A DNA stretch of 36,059 bases from Patescibacteria group bacterium. Its GTDB lineage: Bacteria > Patescibacteriota > Minisyncoccia > UBA6257 > HR35. The DNA lies in NCBI GenBank assembly GCA_030550735.1, contig JAUQOT010000002.1:1-36059 (forward strand), in the 5' to 3' direction. Shown here piece after piece: positions 33,701 to 36,059 of this stretch. Each line of letters starts with the position of its first letter. The stretch's first letter is position 1. Made by a program: the position numbers and the translations under genes. The notes under the pieces were generated by a model. It was not told the origin of the DNA. It did not search any database and saw only the letters and a list, made by a program, of their open reading frames with translations.

Positions 33701-34230
33701 ACTAAAATATCAAAATCTTCATTTAAAAGTTTTTCTTTATCTTTTGGTTTTTTTATTACAAGAATTTTTTTTGAAGTTTGAAAAATTTTTAATTTTTTTT
33801 CTATTTCATTAAGGAGAATTTTGGACGGAACAAGATAATAAACTTTTCCAGGAAGAAAATGAGAAATAGCAATTCCAAAAGTCGTTTTTCCAATACCAGT
33901 TGGTGCAATAATTGTAAAAGATTCGTGGCGAAAAACTCTTTTTGCCCAATAAAGATTTAATTTGAATGGTTTTGTTTTAAGATTTTTTTCAAAGAAGTTT
34001 ATATATTCATTAAGTTTTTTTAAAAGAAGATAATCTTCTTCAAAAAATTTTAAAAATTTAGGATTAATCTCTTCTTTTTTTATTACTTCTAAGTTCTTGT
34101 TAAAAAATAGATAATCTTGTTCACATATTCCATAGTTATAAATTTCTTCTAAGGAAGCCCTATTTTTATCAATCGGACAAATATCTAAATAAATTATTGG
34201 AAGAGCGTTTATTTTTTTTCTTTTTTGCAT
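30748..34230 (-). CDS. rgy: Reverse gyrase (helicase-like domain fused to type IA topoisomerase)
   Basis: Helicase-like motifs APTGIGKTT, FIDDADS, SAT and QASGRTSR. These are followed by VIVESPTKARTIANFFG (Toprim), CRSCDRHLNYTENFCPVCG, DPDAEGEKIA and the active-site motif GLITYHRTDST. 1160 aa. Confidence 0.88.
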   Translation of the reverse strand: MQKRKKINALPIIYLDICPIDKNRASLEEIYNYGICEQDYLFFNKNLEVIKKEEINPKFLKFFEEDYLLLKKLNEYINFFEKNLKTKPFKLNLYWAKRVFRHESFTIIAPTGIGKTTFGIAISHFLPGKVYYLVPSKILLNEIEKKLKIFQTSKKILVIKKPKDKEKLLNEDFDILVTTSNFLHKNFDIIPKNFDLVFIDDADSLIRQPKNIDKVLKLAKITEEEINQALEIIELKRKNKEKNNLKIEINKKEKGIIIAASATLTPKTKRINLFKELLGFEIGISSTYLRNIEELYKLVNKENLWEESIKWIKKLGEGGFVYLSSEYNRDDLKNYVHFLNKNGINAVSYENFNNKNIEAFLENKIQVIVGFSNIRNPLTRGIDLPQKVRYALFVGIPKFILSLKLSLSPLQLFLISLTLREILDEKEKKFIDKQINFLKKISYLKEDTIKENESLKTKLETIKNFWEELIKQEDFIEKIKTHPLLILERRDSEMILIVSDPRGYLQASGRTSRLYPLGLTKGLSLILAENEKLLKHLANKLKILGYQIKFKEVNEVNLEDILKKIDEDRNIVKKVIEGKEIEFKDPIETALVIVESPTKARTIANFFGKPARRIKNGLTLYEISLGNLHLNICATMGHFVDLTYSDGYYGVKKIDSQFIPIFQFIKICRSCDRHLNYTENFCPVCGSKEIYTKEELIEGLKKLALEVDKIYLASDPDAEGEKIAFDLFNYLYPYNKNILRIELHEITREEFLKRIKEPREINTYLVEAQLLRRISDRWVGFFLSEKIQNHFKNLNLSAGRVQTPILGWILERAEKVKNKIYYLRVGFDDSLIRLETDNKNFVKKIREKFKNKELKVRIKINKEEEEIRKPLPPYDTSNLLKDAFNFFKFGADQTMKLAQDLFERGLITYHRTDSTYISDFGLRVAREFLENLNKIEIFKPNHFGSPGTHEGIRPTKALTVDELIEEMIVLGDRSLTSNHLKLYGLIVNRFLASQVKEAKIIKINGKIYLEDLEKDFEEIKKIKERGYLEFYYHLKETKLEEGEFIVKNLRIQRVPKEFYYTQGELIEEMKKRGLGRPSTYATFISTLLERKYILNKSGYLIPTSWGKTIYQYLKEKYFQYIDEEFTRILEKNMDKVESGEANYLTILEELFNKIFKNATY

Positions 34231-34307
34231 TATATTTTATTATAATTAATATTGATACAATTATCCGATTATCCAAAATGGTCACTTATTAGCGTAATTT
34301 TTACAAA

Positions 34308-35144
34308 ATGCCACGTGGCCGTAAAAAGTCTCAATTGGAAGGTAGTCTGGTTTTTCAAGATCCTTATCATCATCAAAATTTGGAATTGAAAATTATACCT
34401 ATTGAAAACTTATTCGTTGTCCCTCACCAAAGAAAACCAAGCGCTTATCACGTTAAACATCTTGTTAGTTCAATAGAAAGAATAGGTTTTATTGTTCCTA
34501 TAATTGTTATTGCTAGTCAAGACAATAATTATATGATTATTGATGGACAACATCGGTTTTTAGCAGCTAAAGAATTAGGAATAAGAGAACTTCCAGCTAT
34601 TGTTGTTCCTGAAAGATTAGCTCAGCTTATGATGAACTTTAATATTGAAAAAGAATTAAATATCAGAGAAAAATCTTATGTTGCGTTAGCAATTTATCGA
34701 CAACATCTCGAAGCTAATCCAGAAATGTTAGAATCAGATCCAGAACTAGTTGATGCTATTGAACAAGCTTATTATGTTACTTTAGGTATTGGTTATGAAA
34801 AAGTTGAAAAACTTTCTGGTAGTTCTTTTGAGCCAATTCTAAAAAAATGTGATTTCTTCGTTGATGAAAAACTTTCTGAAGCTTTAAAAATTAGAGAGCA
34901 GCGAGCTGAAAAAGTTATTCAGGCAAATAATTTAGTTAAAGAAATTGCTCAAAAACTTAAGGAAATGGATAAGTGGCATCCTTATGTTTATCAACAAATA
35001 ATTTCATGGTCAAATCCTTATAAGAGAAAAAGATTACCAACAGAATTTGACGATCTCTTTAATTCTATAATTGAGAATCTTGAAAAAGCTGTTCAAAATC
35101 CAACTCTTGTTTTAAGCGAAGTATTGGAGGAAGAAAGTTTTTAA
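34308..35144 (+). CDS. ParB/Srx-fold N-terminal-domain protein with a DGQHR motif (DndB-like?)
   Basis: IPIENLFVVPHQRKP...IIDGQHRFLAAKELGIRELPAIVVP follows the ParB N-domain pattern, with GERR replaced by GQHR. The C-terminal half is unassigned. Confidence 0.65.
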   Translation: MPRGRKKSQLEGSLVFQDPYHHQNLELKIIPIENLFVVPHQRKPSAYHVKHLVSSIERIGFIVPIIVIASQDNNYMIIDGQHRFLAAKELGIRELPAIVVPERLAQLMMNFNIEKELNIREKSYVALAIYRQHLEANPEMLESDPELVDAIEQAYYVTLGIGYEKVEKLSGSSFEPILKKCDFFVDEKLSEALKIREQRAEKVIQANNLVKEIAQKLKEMDKWHPYVYQQIISWSNPYKRKRLPTEFDDLFNSIIENLEKAVQNPTLVLSEVLEEESF

Positions 35145-35149
35145 TTATA

Positions 35150-36059
35150 ATGAAATATAATCTCGAGGAAGTTAGAAGTAAAATCGAAGAAGAAATTAAA
35201 AAACCCGTTGAGGTTGCTTCAATTGTTGATATTGTTCAGAATCTAATTATTTTTGGTTTTCTTAGTCGAGCTTCAGACATTCATTTTCAACCACGAGAAA
35301 AATATTTGATTGTAAGATATCGAATTGATGGAATAACCCATAATATTTTTAATATCCCCAAAGAACTTCACGAAGAAATAATTACAAGAATTAAAATTGT
35401 TTCTAATTTAAGAATTGACGAACATTTTGCTGCTCAAGATGGTAGATTCAGGTTTTATTTAGAAAACGAAAATTTAAGTTTTTTCGATGTTAGAGTTTCA
35501 ATTATGCCAACTTATTATGGAGAAAATGCCATTTTGAGACTTTTAGTTAATCCAGGAAAAAAATTTAATTTAGAAAACTTAGGACTTTCCGAAAGAGATC
35601 TAAATGAAATAAAAAAAGCTATTTCTAGACCTTATGGAATGATTCTTGCTACCGGGCCTACAGGATCAGGAAAAACCACAATGCTTTATACAATTTTAAA
35701 TGAACTTAATAAAGAAGGAGTTCATATTATTACAATTGAAGATCCAATCGAATATGCTATAGAAGGAGTAACCCAAATTCAGGTTAACCCACAAACAAAT
35801 TTAACTTTCGGTAAAGGATTAAGAGCTATTTTAAGGCAAGACCCCGATATTATTATGGTTGGTGAAATAAGAGATACCGAAACTGCTGAAATTGCTGTTA
35901 ATGCTGCTTTAACTGGTCATCTTCTTCTTTCAACGCTTCATACTAATGATGCTCCGAGTGCTGCTATAAGATTAATTGAATTAGGAGTCGAACCATATTT
36001 AATTACTTCAACAGTTAATGCAATTATTGGTCAAAGGTTAATTAGAACAATTTGTAATT
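35150..36059 (+). CDS. Second GspE/PilB-family ATPase with a short N-terminus, 3' end cut by window edge; absent from the ORF track
   Basis: ATG at 35150, open to the end of the window. GPTGSGKTT, DPDIIMVGEIRD and TGHLLLSTLHTND. Roughly 60% identical by eye to the ATPase at 1..1068. Confidence 0.88.
   Translation, partial: MKYNLEEVRSKIEEEIKKPVEVASIVDIVQNLIIFGFLSRASDIHFQPREKYLIVRYRIDGITHNIFNIPKELHEEIITRIKIVSNLRIDEHFAAQDGRFRFYLENENLSFFDVRVSIMPTYYGENAILRLLVNPGKKFNLENLGLSERDLNEIKKAISRPYGMILATGPTGSGKTTMLYTILNELNKEGVHIITIEDPIEYAIEGVTQIQVNPQTNLTFGKGLRAILRQDPDIIMVGEIRDTETAEIAVNAALTGHLLLSTLHTNDAPSAAIRLIELGVEPYLITSTVNAIIGQRLIRTICN

Noticed and set aside
1-36059. CRISPR arrays, rRNA genes, transposases/IS elements or prophage blocks
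   Set aside because: Non-coding gaps are too short for arrays. I saw no regularly spaced direct repeats and no integrase, transposase or capsid-like ORFs. The only mobile element I can support is the gyrB intein.

Overview
This is a gene-dense, very AT-rich bacterial chromosomal segment that uses the standard genetic code. Many start/stop overlaps couple adjacent genes, and intergenic spacers are tiny. I support 31 protein genes and 7 tRNAs.

**Gene content**
- Type IV pilus genes: two paralogous PilB/GspE ATPases, one truncated at each window edge, plus PilC.
- Aminoacyl-tRNA synthetases: lysS, a truncated alaS, serS and argS.
- Other housekeeping genes: a KH-domain protein gene, trmD, folD, PolX, gyrB, clpP, clpB, rplI, secE-nusG-rplK, archease and a PfkB-family kinase.
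- Envelope and unassigned genes: two MOP-family flippases, a PAP2 phosphatase, an FtsQ-like protein, a ParB-fold DGQHR protein and several hypothetical membrane or surface proteins.

Bacterial markers combined with extreme compaction, a pruned aaRS and pilus genes suggest an ultrasmall CPR/Patescibacteria-like lineage. This is inference only.

**Most notable observations**
1. An intact reverse gyrase overlaps argS and so appears to be co-transcribed with it.
2. tRNAs of roughly 70% GC sit in roughly 30% GC DNA. Together with the reverse gyrase and K/E/I-rich proteins, this points to a thermophilic lifestyle.
3. gyrB is interrupted inside its Toprim DxD motif by a 520-aa intein carrying a LAGLIDADG endonuclease.
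4. A natural mini-AlaRS (426 aa) lacks the editing and C-Ala domains.
5. A G/S/N/T-rich surface protein contains three near-identical GC-rich nucleotide repeats encoding GNVGIGTT.
6. Three CDS stop codons lie inside or abut tRNA 5' ends.
7. A 51-aa zinc-ribbon ORF absent from the ORF track lies downstream of a 50-nt hairpin.

I saw no rRNA, CRISPR array, transposase or prophage.
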